Origin: a virus
Taxonomy: Duplodnaviria > Caudoviricetes
DNA: 25,676 nt
Direction: 5' to 3' (one strand)
Virus record (IMG/VR): IMGVR_UViG_3300026269_000011
Span: 1 to 25,676 of that record
The notes beneath the pieces are model-generated. The model was not told the origin of the DNA and did no database searches. It saw only the letters and a program-made list of their open reading frames with translations. Every line of letters starts with the position of its first letter. Within the stretch, counting starts at the first letter, position 1. Position numbers and translations under genes: made by a program. Below, piece by piece: positions 17,182 to 25,373 of the stretch.

Positions 17182-17955
17182 TTATTTTTCCTCTATAAAT
17201 TGGTTTAAGTTGTTAATAATAATGACTCCTCGTTCCCGAGCAGTCTGCGTTTTGGCTGACTCTATTCCACTCTCATTTATTAAATAAGTGCAGTCCTTTG
17301 TCAGACTGGTTTTTACGGCATAGCCGTGGTTTTCTAGAACTTTTTGTGCATGAGCTTTGCTAGGGAAACTCTTGAGTCTGCCCGAAATACAGACAGTTCC
17401 TATTATATCTCGTTTTACAACTTTCTTAGATTTGAAAGTAAAAGGTAATAGTTTGTCGTACTCATTTGCATAAAACTCGGTATCTAACCAATTCAATAGA
17501 TTAGATGTTGCTTTCGGACCGATACCTGCTTCAGTACAGCTTGCTTCGGAAACCTCTTCGATAGAAGTTATTTTTTCGCATAATTTCTGAGAAGCTGACC
17601 GACCAAAAAGCGGTATAGCAAAACTTGGTAATAAGGTTTGAAGATCAGTTGTTTTAGATTTTTCTATCTCGTTTACCAACTTGGTTGCCAATTTTTCAGA
17701 GCCCAGTCTGACGGTAATCTCCCCGACAGATAGCTCATAAAGTTCTGGATAATCTAGGAGATCCAACTTTTTAATAGTTGAAGGGCCTAGCCCCTTTATT
17801 TTCAAAGATGAGGCGAAGTGTTGTAATTTTTTGTCCCATTGAGCTGGACACATCTTGTTAAAGCAGTAAAGTAGTTCGTTAATAAACTCTAAATCGCTAT
17901 CGCAAGAGGGGCAGTTCGTTGGGGCTAAAATTTGTTCCATTCGCTCAATTCTCAT
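17182..17955 (-). CDS. ligB: NAD+-dependent DNA ligase subunit B (Zn finger, HhH, BRCT)
   Basis: CPSC...CFNKMC, IKGLGP, GIGPK, VCISG BRCT, SAKTQTARERGV. Start 17955 or 17940. Confidence 0.92.
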   Translation of the reverse strand: MRIERMEQILAPTNCPSCDSDLEFINELLYCFNKMCPAQWDKKLQHFASSLKIKGLGPSTIKKLDLLDYPELYELSVGEITVRLGSEKLATKLVNEIEKSKTTDLQTLLPSFAIPLFGRSASQKLCEKITSIEEVSEASCTEAGIGPKATSNLLNWLDTEFYANEYDKLLPFTFKSKKVVKRDIIGTVCISGRLKSFPSKAHAQKVLENHGYAVKTSLTKDCTYLINESGIESAKTQTARERGVIIINNLNQFIEEK

Positions 17956-17976
17956 TCTTTTTCATTTATATTGTAT

Positions 17977-18005
17977 ATTATACTAAAAATTTCACCGTGT
18001 GTCAA
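17977..18005 (-). promoter_or_regulatory. sigma70-type phage promoter P3 (ligase B)
   Basis: TTGACA (18005-18000), 17 nt, TATAAT (17982-17977). Confidence 0.9.
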
Positions 18006-18026
18006 GAGATTTTTTCAGTTTATCAC

Positions 18027-18152
18027 TTATTTTTTGAGATTAAAATTTTCTTCGTCTTCATAGACATAGGTATCTTCCTTGTAAGTTTTGCGTAGCTTAT
18101 ACTCGAAGTACAAAATTTTGATTCGCTTGATAATTTTTTTAATATATTTCAT
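18027..18152 (-). CDS. Small basic/aromatic protein (41 aa, not in ORF track)
   Basis: MKYIKKIIKRIKILYFEYKLRKTYKEDTYVYEDEENFNLKK*. Overlaps the SGNH gene stop and ends just before promoter P3. Confidence 0.6.
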   Translation of the reverse strand: MKYIKKIIKRIKILYFEYKLRKTYKEDTYVYEDEENFNLKK

Positions 18153-18927
18153 TGTGTTTTATGTCCTGTAATATCTTTGCCGCCATTAAGCTATGTGCTT
18201 CTTCTAATGGGTGGTCTTTCTTGCCTAAAGGTAACTTGTGTTTTGTGGTTATGTCATAAAACCCGTCCTCCTCTAGGCAAGGAAGTTCTTTTACGATCTG
18301 TTTTTTACTTAATTCTACAGAATCCCAGTAGTTGTTGGTGGCTTCTAAATAGTCCTCATCTAGCAAATACAAGAAAGGCTTGTACTGTCCACTAGAAAAT
18401 GTATAAAATAGATAAGGAATATCTAATTGTTCTAAAAAGTATTTTGTTGAAAGCATATACTGTATTGTATACTTTAGGTTATGTTTTATGTTTCTTATTT
18501 CCTTCATATAACCATTTAAATAGTAATAATGATGATCAGATAAATCAGGGTGATGAAATAAGTTTGTGGTTTCTCTATCAATCTCTAAGGTTCTATGAGA
18601 TAGTGCAAAATCTTCCCAATTAGTACATCTCCATCTAGGGTTTTGTAATTGGTGGGTAGGTTTATATTTGTTGCCCGAGGTATTTTCTGTAGTCTCTAAG
18701 TATTCTAGTCTATTTATACCTGTCCACATTATAACTACTAAATCGTATTTATTAGTTAAACAATGATTCATAGTAGTTCTCCAAATCCTATCATTAGAGC
18801 CTCCTACTTTAGCGTCATTATCTTCCTCTTGCCCTAATTCTTTAGCAACAATAGCAGAAAAACGAGTCCTGTACTTATCTTTAAGTTCAAAACCATTAAC
18901 AAAACTGCAACCATTAAAGTAAATCAA
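18139..18927 (-). CDS. SGNH/GDSL-like hydrolase
   Basis: FNGCSF (block I), GGSNDRI, VIMWTGINR, DHPLEEAH (block V). Confidence 0.75.
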   Translation of the reverse strand: MIYFNGCSFVNGFELKDKYRTRFSAIVAKELGQEEDNDAKVGGSNDRIWRTTMNHCLTNKYDLVVIMWTGINRLEYLETTENTSGNKYKPTHQLQNPRWRCTNWEDFALSHRTLEIDRETTNLFHHPDLSDHHYYYLNGYMKEIRNIKHNLKYTIQYMLSTKYFLEQLDIPYLFYTFSSGQYKPFLYLLDEDYLEATNNYWDSVELSKKQIVKELPCLEEDGFYDITTKHKLPLGKKDHPLEEAHSLMAAKILQDIKHNEIY

Positions 18928-20297
18928 AATACATGTACTCCTGTTAATTTTCTAAACTCATCTGCCTGCACGCCATCATTAACCATAGGCTTTCCTTTCA
19001 CATTTAGACTTGTATTTAGTAACATTGGTATTCCAGTTCTTTCATAATAATTTTCTAGTATCTTTCTTAGGATTGAAGGGTTGTCTTTAGTTACGACCTG
19101 AACTCTTGCGCTACCATCAACATGCGTGACTGATTTGTAGTCATGCTTGGCTTTACAGGTGTATTGCATAAATTCGTTTTTCTCTCCTTCAAAGTAGTCA
19201 TCAAAATACTCCTCCAAGATTGCGGGGGCAAAAGGGCGGAACTTCTGTCGTCTTTTAATACGATTAACTGTGCGTTTAATATCATACCGCACATCACCGA
19301 GCAGAGAACGATTGCCCAAAGCTCTAGGTCCAAATTCTGTTTTTCCATTTGCTACTCCTACTACTTTATTTAAAAGTAGATAATCTACTATTCTTCTTGG
19401 GTTAGGTGAACCTACTATTTCATTACCCCAAAAACAATGTTTATATTCAACTTTGCGTCCTAGATAACCTAGTGCCGCTCCTAAACTACTTCCTGCATCG
19501 CCTGGATTAGGAAATATCCATGTCTTGTTAAATCTGCTAGGTAATATCTTACTATTAGCCACACAGTTTAAAGCTACTCCGCCTCCATAACAAAGATTCT
19601 TTCCGTAGTTTTGTGCTACATTCATTACTTGTGTAATCTGTCTCTCTATCTCTAGCTGTGCACTTGCCGCTATATCTTCAGGAGCCTGTCCTTGAAAGTA
19701 TACTAGAGGTATTCCCCTGTGCCAATTTTTATCTGGTAGGTCAAACATCCATCTCATGTTTAGCTTTGGTTCTCCATAAGCCGCCATACCCATAGTAATG
19801 TATTCATCTTCGTTTGGTTTCAATCCAATACGTTTCGTTATAGCACTGTAGAATAGTCCGATACTATGTGGGTATTTCCAGTTGCTGACACATTCTAATT
19901 TTCCGTTTCTCGGAACCCAAATACTTGAACAGTCCCACTCTCCAATAGCATCAATTACAACTATAACAATATCATCATCAAAAGGCGCAGTATAATACGC
20001 TGCTGCTGCATGACTTTCATGATGTCTTAAATGGTATGAACACCTATTCTCATATTTTGTGAGAGACATGTTTTGATCTGCTCTACGTTGGTTCTTAAGT
20101 TCAGTATCTTCGTAAAAAACGGAGACATCTGCGTGTGGATATCGTAAAAATTCTGGGAGGACTGGATCGTTCTTCTTTCCAGTAAACCTTTCTGCGTGGT
20201 GTGCTTCGAGAATACTTACTTCATCTGTATAGGGAGAAACTTCCACTAAAGAAGCGGAAGCGTCATGAAATCCCTCACTAATTCCAACTATTTTCAT
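18924..20297 (-). CDS. O-carbamoyltransferase (NodU/CmcH/TobZ family)
   Basis: Start MKIVGISEGFHDAS at 20297 (ATGA overlap). Motifs HHESHA, DAIGE, GGVALN, GDAG, EFGPRALGNRS, RPFAP, HVDGSARVQ, LNTSLN. Confidence 0.93.
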   Translation of the reverse strand: MKIVGISEGFHDASASLVEVSPYTDEVSILEAHHAERFTGKKNDPVLPEFLRYPHADVSVFYEDTELKNQRRADQNMSLTKYENRCSYHLRHHESHAAAAYYTAPFDDDIVIVVIDAIGEWDCSSIWVPRNGKLECVSNWKYPHSIGLFYSAITKRIGLKPNEDEYITMGMAAYGEPKLNMRWMFDLPDKNWHRGIPLVYFQGQAPEDIAASAQLEIERQITQVMNVAQNYGKNLCYGGGVALNCVANSKILPSRFNKTWIFPNPGDAGSSLGAALGYLGRKVEYKHCFWGNEIVGSPNPRRIVDYLLLNKVVGVANGKTEFGPRALGNRSLLGDVRYDIKRTVNRIKRRQKFRPFAPAILEEYFDDYFEGEKNEFMQYTCKAKHDYKSVTHVDGSARVQVVTKDNPSILRKILENYYERTGIPMLLNTSLNVKGKPMVNDGVQADEFRKLTGVHVF

Positions 20298-20866
20298 CGA
20301 AAAGGTACTCCTCGTGTCCACATATTGAATGAGAACTTTACTCCTTTTGTTACAGGGGTACTCCTATGCCACATATCACAACAAAATAACAGGGCATCTC
20401 CTGTATTTAGATTAAAAGGTTTATACCTGTATATTTCTGTTGCTCCGCCTTCAAATTTGTTATTAAGATATACTACACAACTAATACGATAAGGGGCTCT
20501 TTTAGTATATAAAGTTTCTATTTCTTCTAAATTGTCTTTGTGCCAATTTAAATCCTCACTAGGAGTAAGCCTATTTATATACTGAGTGGTCTCATCAGAT
20601 AGTGCAAAATTATAACTATTTCTATTGTATTCTCTAACTAATTGGTGAATATCATCAGGTACGGACTTAACTTTAGCCCTATTAGACTCAATAGGATAAT
20701 TACGGGGTTGTTCTGCAGCCCCATGATTCTGCATTTTTGTAGAAGAAAAGGGTACAAACTTATCTTGATGTTCTCTAATCATATCATTGCATTGGTCAAC
20801 TGACCAAAAGCCTTTCTCAATGCCTATTATATTAAATCTTATTCCGTGTTCTATAATCATACCCAA
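20294..20866 (-). CDS. 2OG-Fe(II) oxygenase (prolyl-4-hydroxylase-like)
   Basis: WHKD, ISCVVYLNNKFEGG, GDALLF...WHRSTPVTKGVKFS. Confidence 0.88.
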   Translation of the reverse strand: MGMIIEHGIRFNIIGIEKGFWSVDQCNDMIREHQDKFVPFSSTKMQNHGAAEQPRNYPIESNRAKVKSVPDDIHQLVREYNRNSYNFALSDETTQYINRLTPSEDLNWHKDNLEEIETLYTKRAPYRISCVVYLNNKFEGGATEIYRYKPFNLNTGDALLFCCDMWHRSTPVTKGVKFSFNMWTRGVPFR

Positions 20867-21237
20867 ATTAACCCTTCTCTATCTGGAAACGCTTTCAAAA
20901 TATCACTATCAATAGTAAAACACTCGGTGTGTCCTCCGAACTTTTGTTTCGGTTTATAACTATCTTTTTCAAATGCTTTATGTAGTCTTTGCTCATACTG
21001 ATACACCTCATAAAGTGTACTAGCATAGGTACGCTGAATCCTAAGGTCATACCCCTTGAACCCTCCGCTCCTTTTAACTACATGACGCCAGTCCTTACCT
21101 TTAGCGATTCCAACTTTAATGCACTCTCTTTCAAAAGTCTTTTTATTGACTAGAATAACTCCGTATAATACTCCGTCTACCTCTTTTTCTTCGGGGTAGT
21201 TTTTGAAGTATGTTTCATTATATATTCCGCCAGCCAT
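20857..21237 (-). CDS. GIY-YIG-like (T5orf172-type) domain protein
   Basis: GVLY...CIKVGIA...R...EQRLHK...FGGHTECF. Likely start MAGGIY at 21237 (TAATG overlap). Confidence 0.65.
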   Translation of the reverse strand: MAGGIYNETYFKNYPEEKEVDGVLYGVILVNKKTFERECIKVGIAKGKDWRHVVKRSGGFKGYDLRIQRTYASTLYEVYQYEQRLHKAFEKDSYKPKQKFGGHTECFTIDSDILKAFPDREGLIWV

Positions 21238-21419
21238 TAGTGAACCGTGAATTTTGTACTGTTGTCTTCGTACTCTTCGAGTAACCCTTCGAACCATTCT
21301 TCGTCTAGTTCTATGGTGTCTCTAAAGGCATCTATGTCCATTACTTCATTGCCTTCAGGTATTTTATCACAATACACTTTATACGCTGCATGAAGCTGGG
21401 ATTCTAAATACAATAACAT
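21237..21419 (-). CDS. Small acidic hypothetical protein
   Basis: 60 aa with TAATG overlaps at both ends. Confidence 0.65.
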   Translation of the reverse strand: MLLYLESQLHAAYKVYCDKIPEGNEVMDIDAFRDTIELDEEWFEGLLEEYEDNSTKFTVH

Positions 21420-22369
21420 TATACTCTCCTCACAATTCTAGGGATAATTTCCCCACTTCTAATAACTTCTACATTACACCCAATTTCTAATTCCATTTGA
21501 TTTATAAATCCAATATTGTGTAAGGTAGCTCTTGAGATATTAGCTCCTCCAATTTCAATAGGTTCAAGAATAGCTGTTGGAGCTACTACTCCACTCTTTC
21601 CTGTGTTCCATACTACATCAAGTAGTTTTGTAACTATTCCTTTCTCTCTTGTTTTCAGAGCATATGCTCCTCTAGGGTGGTGGGAAGTATGCCCGAAGTC
21701 ATTGAAAAATGAGTATTTATCTACGCGGAACACCGTTCCGTCTTGTGGAAACTCATTGTAGTCGCCCATTGTAATAACATTAAACCAGTTGTCTAACATT
21801 TTCATATCCTGAGCCCAGTATTCTCCGACATGGGGGTGAATCCCATACACCACTAGGGTCAAATCTCGTCTTTTAAACTCCTCTACATCTTTAAGGTTAA
21901 GTGCGCCTGAGGCGTAATTTCTAGCATTTTTAATAGTCTTGGGAGCAACAATTTCACCTGTAATCTGTCTAAGACCAGAGAATAATGTTTTACCCATACT
22001 AAGAGCTCTCGGAGCAATATGCTTCATTTTATTACTTATATCAATTCCGTACTTACCATCTCCCCTAGTTAATGCGTCATGGTAAATACCATCTACATAA
22101 CAAATAGACACAGCTGCGCCGTCCAGTTTAGGAGTGGCAACTACTGCTTTATTTTGATAATCAGGGGGTGTGTCTTCGTTTGAAAAGACTTTTTGAAGTG
22201 AATACATTTGGAATGGGTGAGCAAAACGTGTGTCTGCTTCGTGTCCCACTTTAAATTCGCCAGCCGTATTTTCTACTATCCTGTCATACACCTCATCAGG
22301 AATGATGGGTGTACCGCGATAGTATTGATCGCGACATTTGCTTAAATATGCTTCCAAATCTCTATTCAT
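21419..22369 (-). CDS. ligA: NAD+-dependent DNA ligase subunit A (adenylation + OB domains)
   Basis: YYRGTPIIPDEVYD, MYSLQK, KLDG, LTRGDG, ARNYASG, PQDG, RATLHN, RSGEIIP. Confidence 0.95.
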   Translation of the reverse strand: MNRDLEAYLSKCRDQYYRGTPIIPDEVYDRIVENTAGEFKVGHEADTRFAHPFQMYSLQKVFSNEDTPPDYQNKAVVATPKLDGAAVSICYVDGIYHDALTRGDGKYGIDISNKMKHIAPRALSMGKTLFSGLRQITGEIVAPKTIKNARNYASGALNLKDVEEFKRRDLTLVVYGIHPHVGEYWAQDMKMLDNWFNVITMGDYNEFPQDGTVFRVDKYSFFNDFGHTSHHPRGAYALKTREKGIVTKLLDVVWNTGKSGVVAPTAILEPIEIGGANISRATLHNIGFINQMELEIGCNVEVIRSGEIIPRIVRRV

Positions 22370-22375
22370 GTATAT

Positions 22376-22404
22376 ATTATACTAAAATTTGGGGGCGATG
22401 TCAA
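22376..22404 (-). promoter_or_regulatory. sigma70-type phage promoter P4 (ligase A)
   Basis: AAAAATAGTTC-TTGACA (22404-22399), 17 nt, TATAAT (22381-22376). ATG follows after 6 nt. Confidence 0.9.
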
Positions 22405-22416
22405 GAACTATTTTTG

Positions 22417-22722
22417 CTAATCTAAATATATTTGATCGAGTTTGTCTTTGAAATGTTCTTCAAGTATATCCTTCACTTCAGTAAGCGAAAGAATCTCAAC
22501 TAACCCATCGAAGAAGTTTCTGCTATTGTCGAAATCTAATGGTATGGATACTCCTTCCCTACTAGGCTTCCATTCTTCGTCAAAATCTTGGTAATATTTT
22601 CTTATGGATAAATACTCGACGTCTCTAAAGGTGTTGATGGTCAGATAAACACGCTCGTGCTTACCTTCATTGTGATGTATTAGTTTTTCAAATACGGCGG
22701 GGGCTTCATGTATTTCTATCAT
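22417..22722 (-). CDS. PC4/p15-like ssDNA-binding protein
   Basis: INTFRDVEYLSIRKYYQDFDEEWKPSREGVSIP is a PC4 signature. Syntenic with the T5 PC4 homolog. Confidence 0.85.
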   Translation of the reverse strand: MIEIHEAPAVFEKLIHHNEGKHERVYLTINTFRDVEYLSIRKYYQDFDEEWKPSREGVSIPLDFDNSRNFFDGLVEILSLTEVKDILEEHFKDKLDQIYLD

Positions 22723-22978
22723 TTTTCAAGATCGCTTGTAAAGGAACAATAGAAGTAACATTCTCAGGCATGAGTAATCTGTAGGAGTCTGTATCCCAGC
22801 AGAATAGTAAGACCTGTCGGTTGTTAGGTCTTGCTCTATTTCTTTTTGACTGAATATATTTGTTATCGAAATTCAGAGTACAGACGTTATACTTTAGTCT
22901 ACGACTGTTTTGACTTCGATAAGTTATTATAGCGTCACCGCATCTATCAACCTGTGCGATAAACTCCTCTTTCTTCAT
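22706..22978 (-). CDS. Conserved T5-like hypothetical protein (SH3/WYL-like)
   Basis: YNVCTLNFDNKYI...LLFCWDTDSYR, located between D3 and PC4 as in T5. Confidence 0.75.
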   Translation of the reverse strand: MKKEEFIAQVDRCGDAIITYRSQNSRRLKYNVCTLNFDNKYIQSKRNRARPNNRQVLLFCWDTDSYRLLMPENVTSIVPLQAILKNDRNT

Positions 22979-23059
22979 TAGGTTCCTTGTGGGTTAGTAC
23001 TTATTTCTTACCGTCCCAAACAATGGTATCCTTAAAACCGAGGTCTTTTTGATAGGTGT

Positions 23060-23092
23060 AAAAATACGCAGGGGACATTGCTGTCCCCCACG
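23060..23092 (-). terminator. Intrinsic terminator downstream of D3
   Basis: CGTGGGGGACA-GCAA-TGTCCCCTGCG followed by TATTTTT: GC-rich stem with a GNRA loop. Confidence 0.75.
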
Positions 23093-23103
23093 ATCAGGGG
23101 TAG

Positions 23104-23508
23104 TTATTCGTTTACTGAGTTAATAATCTCTGCAAAATAATTGGCAGCCTTCCCTGTTAGCTTACTAATTATTGTTTCATCTGGCTCTCTGCCTGTGTCG
23201 CGAATTGCATTGGTTAAGGTTGCCTGTGCGTCTGCTACAGATACACGACCTCCACCAGTTGATCCACCACTAGATGAACGAGTTGCAGGAGATTTTTTAA
23301 CATATACACCAGCTCGTGTTAAGATCATTCTTACACCGTTTGGGCTCTCGCCTAAGTCGGAAGCAATGTCTTTAACGATTTCTATACTATCTTCTGGAGT
23401 TGGTTCGGCACTAACATACATGTTAATCGCCTGTTCTTTCTTTTCTTGTTCCCAAGCCACTTTTCGTCTCCGTTTTTGTTGTTGTTGAAAGTAAAATCTA
23501 TCGCCCAT
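23104..23508 (-). CDS. D3: T5 D3-like DNA-binding protein
   Basis: SIEIVKDIA...SPNGVRMILTRAGVYVKK...IISKLTGKAA matches T5 D3. Alternative start GTG 23460 has a GGAG RBS. Confidence 0.9.
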   Translation of the reverse strand: MGDRFYFQQQQKRRRKVAWEQEKKEQAINMYVSAEPTPEDSIEIVKDIASDLGESPNGVRMILTRAGVYVKKSPATRSSSGGSTGGGRVSVADAQATLTNAIRDTGREPDETIISKLTGKAANYFAEIINSVNE

Positions 23509-23529
23509 GATTTTTCCATTTATAGATAT

Positions 23530-23558
23530 ATTATACTAAAAATGGAGAGCGATGTCAA
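23530..23558 (-). promoter_or_regulatory. sigma70-type phage promoter P5 (D3)
   Basis: ATAGTTC-TTGACA (23558-23553), 17 nt, TATAAT (23535-23530). Confidence 0.9.
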
Positions 23559-23568
23559 GAACTATATT

Positions 23569-23925
23569 TTAATAGCTATACCCGTAGGTATCAATGTCTG
23601 GCTTAATTATCTTCGATACTATTATTAAAGACTTATTTGTATACCACCTTTTGTAGTCGTTAGAAATCGTTTGCTTCATCAAAATAGAACTATCTATGGG
23701 TTCTATGTCTAAAGCTATACAGTCCTGTTCCCAATATTCTAAGGTTATTACTTTCTCATAATGGGAGTAGAGGTCTGCTTGAGACCTTATCTCATTGTTC
23801 AGAACCCACTTATCAAAGCCGTACCAATCCCAACTGTCTCTATACAAAGAGACTAGTCTCTCATATGGGTTACGGATTACAGGTATCTTTGCTTCATCGT
23901 ATTCCAGAAATAAACTCTGATTCAT
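23569..23925 (-). CDS. Truncated sulfotransferase-family protein
   Basis: VIRNPYERLVSLY (3'-PB) and YKRWY...DIDTYGY are present. The HIPKTGGTS 5'-PSB loop is absent. Confidence 0.65.
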   Translation of the reverse strand: MNQSLFLEYDEAKIPVIRNPYERLVSLYRDSWDWYGFDKWVLNNEIRSQADLYSHYEKVITLEYWEQDCIALDIEPIDSSILMKQTISNDYKRWYTNKSLIIVSKIIKPDIDTYGYSY

Positions 23926-24094
23926 TTTTTAACTCCTTTGCTAATTGTTTACAGTCAGAGACTTTATACTTTAGCATTGGGTCTTCTTCATTTATCGTTT
24001 CGAGTTTATCTAGCAATACGGCAAGCTTCTTGCTGCATTCCGCGATTGTGTGTATATCTGCCATTTTACCAAATAAGGTTTTCTGTAGTCTCAT
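23894..24094 (-). CDS. Hypothetical helical protein
   Basis: 66-aa ORF with ATGA overlap to the upstream gene. Confidence 0.55.
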   Translation of the reverse strand: MRLQKTLFGKMADIHTIAECSKKLAVLLDKLETINEEDPMLKYKVSDCKQLAKELKNESEFISGIR

Positions 24095-24357
24095 ACATCT
24101 TCTTCAACTAAATTCCTAACATAATTATAAATAAATTGTTGTCTGTAAGACTCTATCAATGCTGGTATCAACATGATAGGCACACAGACGAACGCCATGA
24201 TTCCAAATAACAGGAAAGTCATATATCGCCAACGATATATTACATGCTCGCTATCAATATTCCCAATAATTCTGATTGAGGGTAAGAATATCTGCCAGAT
24301 AATCATTATCCAACTTGCTATCCATAAGGGTAGTACCCAATTATAAATGAACTCCAT
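24091..24357 (-). CDS. Small 2-TM membrane protein downstream of D2
   Basis: Two hydrophobic segments. T5-like phages carry a similarly sized gene after D2. Confidence 0.7.
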   Translation of the reverse strand: MEFIYNWVLPLWIASWIMIIWQIFLPSIRIIGNIDSEHVIYRWRYMTFLLFGIMAFVCVPIMLIPALIESYRQQFIYNYVRNLVEEDV

Positions 24358-25084
24358 ATTTTTCCAGATGCCTTAAACTGCCTATATCATACGCTAGGGC
24401 AAATGAATGGAAACCCACTTTACTACCATCAAGCCACGGAAACAGAGTCTTATCCATTTCGTGTTGGGGTATCGGATCTAGCACTTTGAGTGCATAACCT
24501 TTTGCCCCGTATTTATCTTCGTAGTTTACACACTCGTCTATGTTTCCATAACACATGTATCCTGGCATTGATGCCTGATACTCTGGTGTAATCTCTCGCT
24601 TAATGATTGCAAACTTGTTTTTTCTAGGGTACCAGACTTTTTCACCGACTTCGAATTCTTCTGCTATACATTCTTCTGGTAGCAGAGAGTTTCGTTGTCC
24701 TTCATAGTCCGTATCTGCAAGTTTTTGTGGTACTCCAACTCTTTCGATAATTGCTTTTACGAAAGCATTTGACCTGTACATACGCGTTGCTATTGTAGAA
24801 ATATTACTGCCTTCGAGGTATTCCTCAATGACTGATTTTATTTCCTCTCTTGTCGCGCCCGTACCTCGAAGTTTTGCTTTACGATTTTCTCTGTATTCAT
24901 ATACATCTTGAAATTCGTCTATAATCCTCTGAAGTCGGGTCGTGTTATACCTTATGTTCAGAATCTCACATGCTTCCTTTTTCGTAATAGGTTTTTCATC
25001 ACTTAGCAACTTAATTACATTGCTAATGTTTGCATCTGTTAATTTTTCATGGTCTTTCTTTTTAATCCCTCTGGTGAGTGCCAT
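24341..25084 (-). CDS. D2: T5 D2-like protein (HTH-containing)
   Basis: TKKEACEIL, VIEEYLEG...YRS...VKAIIER, AEEFEVGEKVW, SLRHLEKYGV match T5 D2. GGAGAGG RBS before ATG 25084. Confidence 0.88.
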   Translation of the reverse strand: MALTRGIKKKDHEKLTDANISNVIKLLSDEKPITKKEACEILNIRYNTTRLQRIIDEFQDVYEYRENRKAKLRGTGATREEIKSVIEEYLEGSNISTIATRMYRSNAFVKAIIERVGVPQKLADTDYEGQRNSLLPEECIAEEFEVGEKVWYPRKNKFAIIKREITPEYQASMPGYMCYGNIDECVNYEDKYGAKGYALKVLDPIPQHEMDKTLFPWLDGSKVGFHSFALAYDIGSLRHLEKYGVHL

Positions 25085-25373
25085 AGTCCTCTCCATCTAA
25101 AACGACCATATGCTTTTTTCCATAAAGCATTATGGCGTAGTGAATTATTTTCAACAGATCAGCAGGGTTGTGTCCGTCCTTCTTCCCGTATCTCTGGGCG
25201 TATTTTATAATGTTTCCGATACAAAATCCTATTCCATGTTCTGCGTCAAAAATTATTTCAGTTGCCTGAATGTTTCCGTTGGCGTAGTGTTGTTCGTAAG
25301 TTTTGTCTATGTACTGCTTTAGGTACTGCAATACATCTTCTTCATTAAATTTATACTCTATTTTTTCCTTCAT
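25062..25373 (-). CDS. DUF3310 protein (T7 gp1.7-like nucleotide kinase family)
   Basis: HYA...GFCIGNIIKYAQRYGKKDG...DLLKIIHY. Confidence 0.8.
   Translation of the reverse strand: MKEKIEYKFNEEDVLQYLKQYIDKTYEQHYANGNIQATEIIFDAEHGIGFCIGNIIKYAQRYGKKDGHNPADLLKIIHYAIMLYGKKHMVVLDGEDYGTHQRD

Noticed and set aside
17945-17965. Mini-ORF MKKNEN just after P3, and an out-of-frame ATG at 23519 after P5
   Set aside because: These are likely chance ATGs in AT-rich leaders with no supporting evidence
164-25322. All plus-strand ORFs in the track and short nested minus-strand ORFs (1634-1837, 10830-11024, 19091-19348)
   Set aside because: They lie antisense to or inside well-supported genes and show no recognisable motifs
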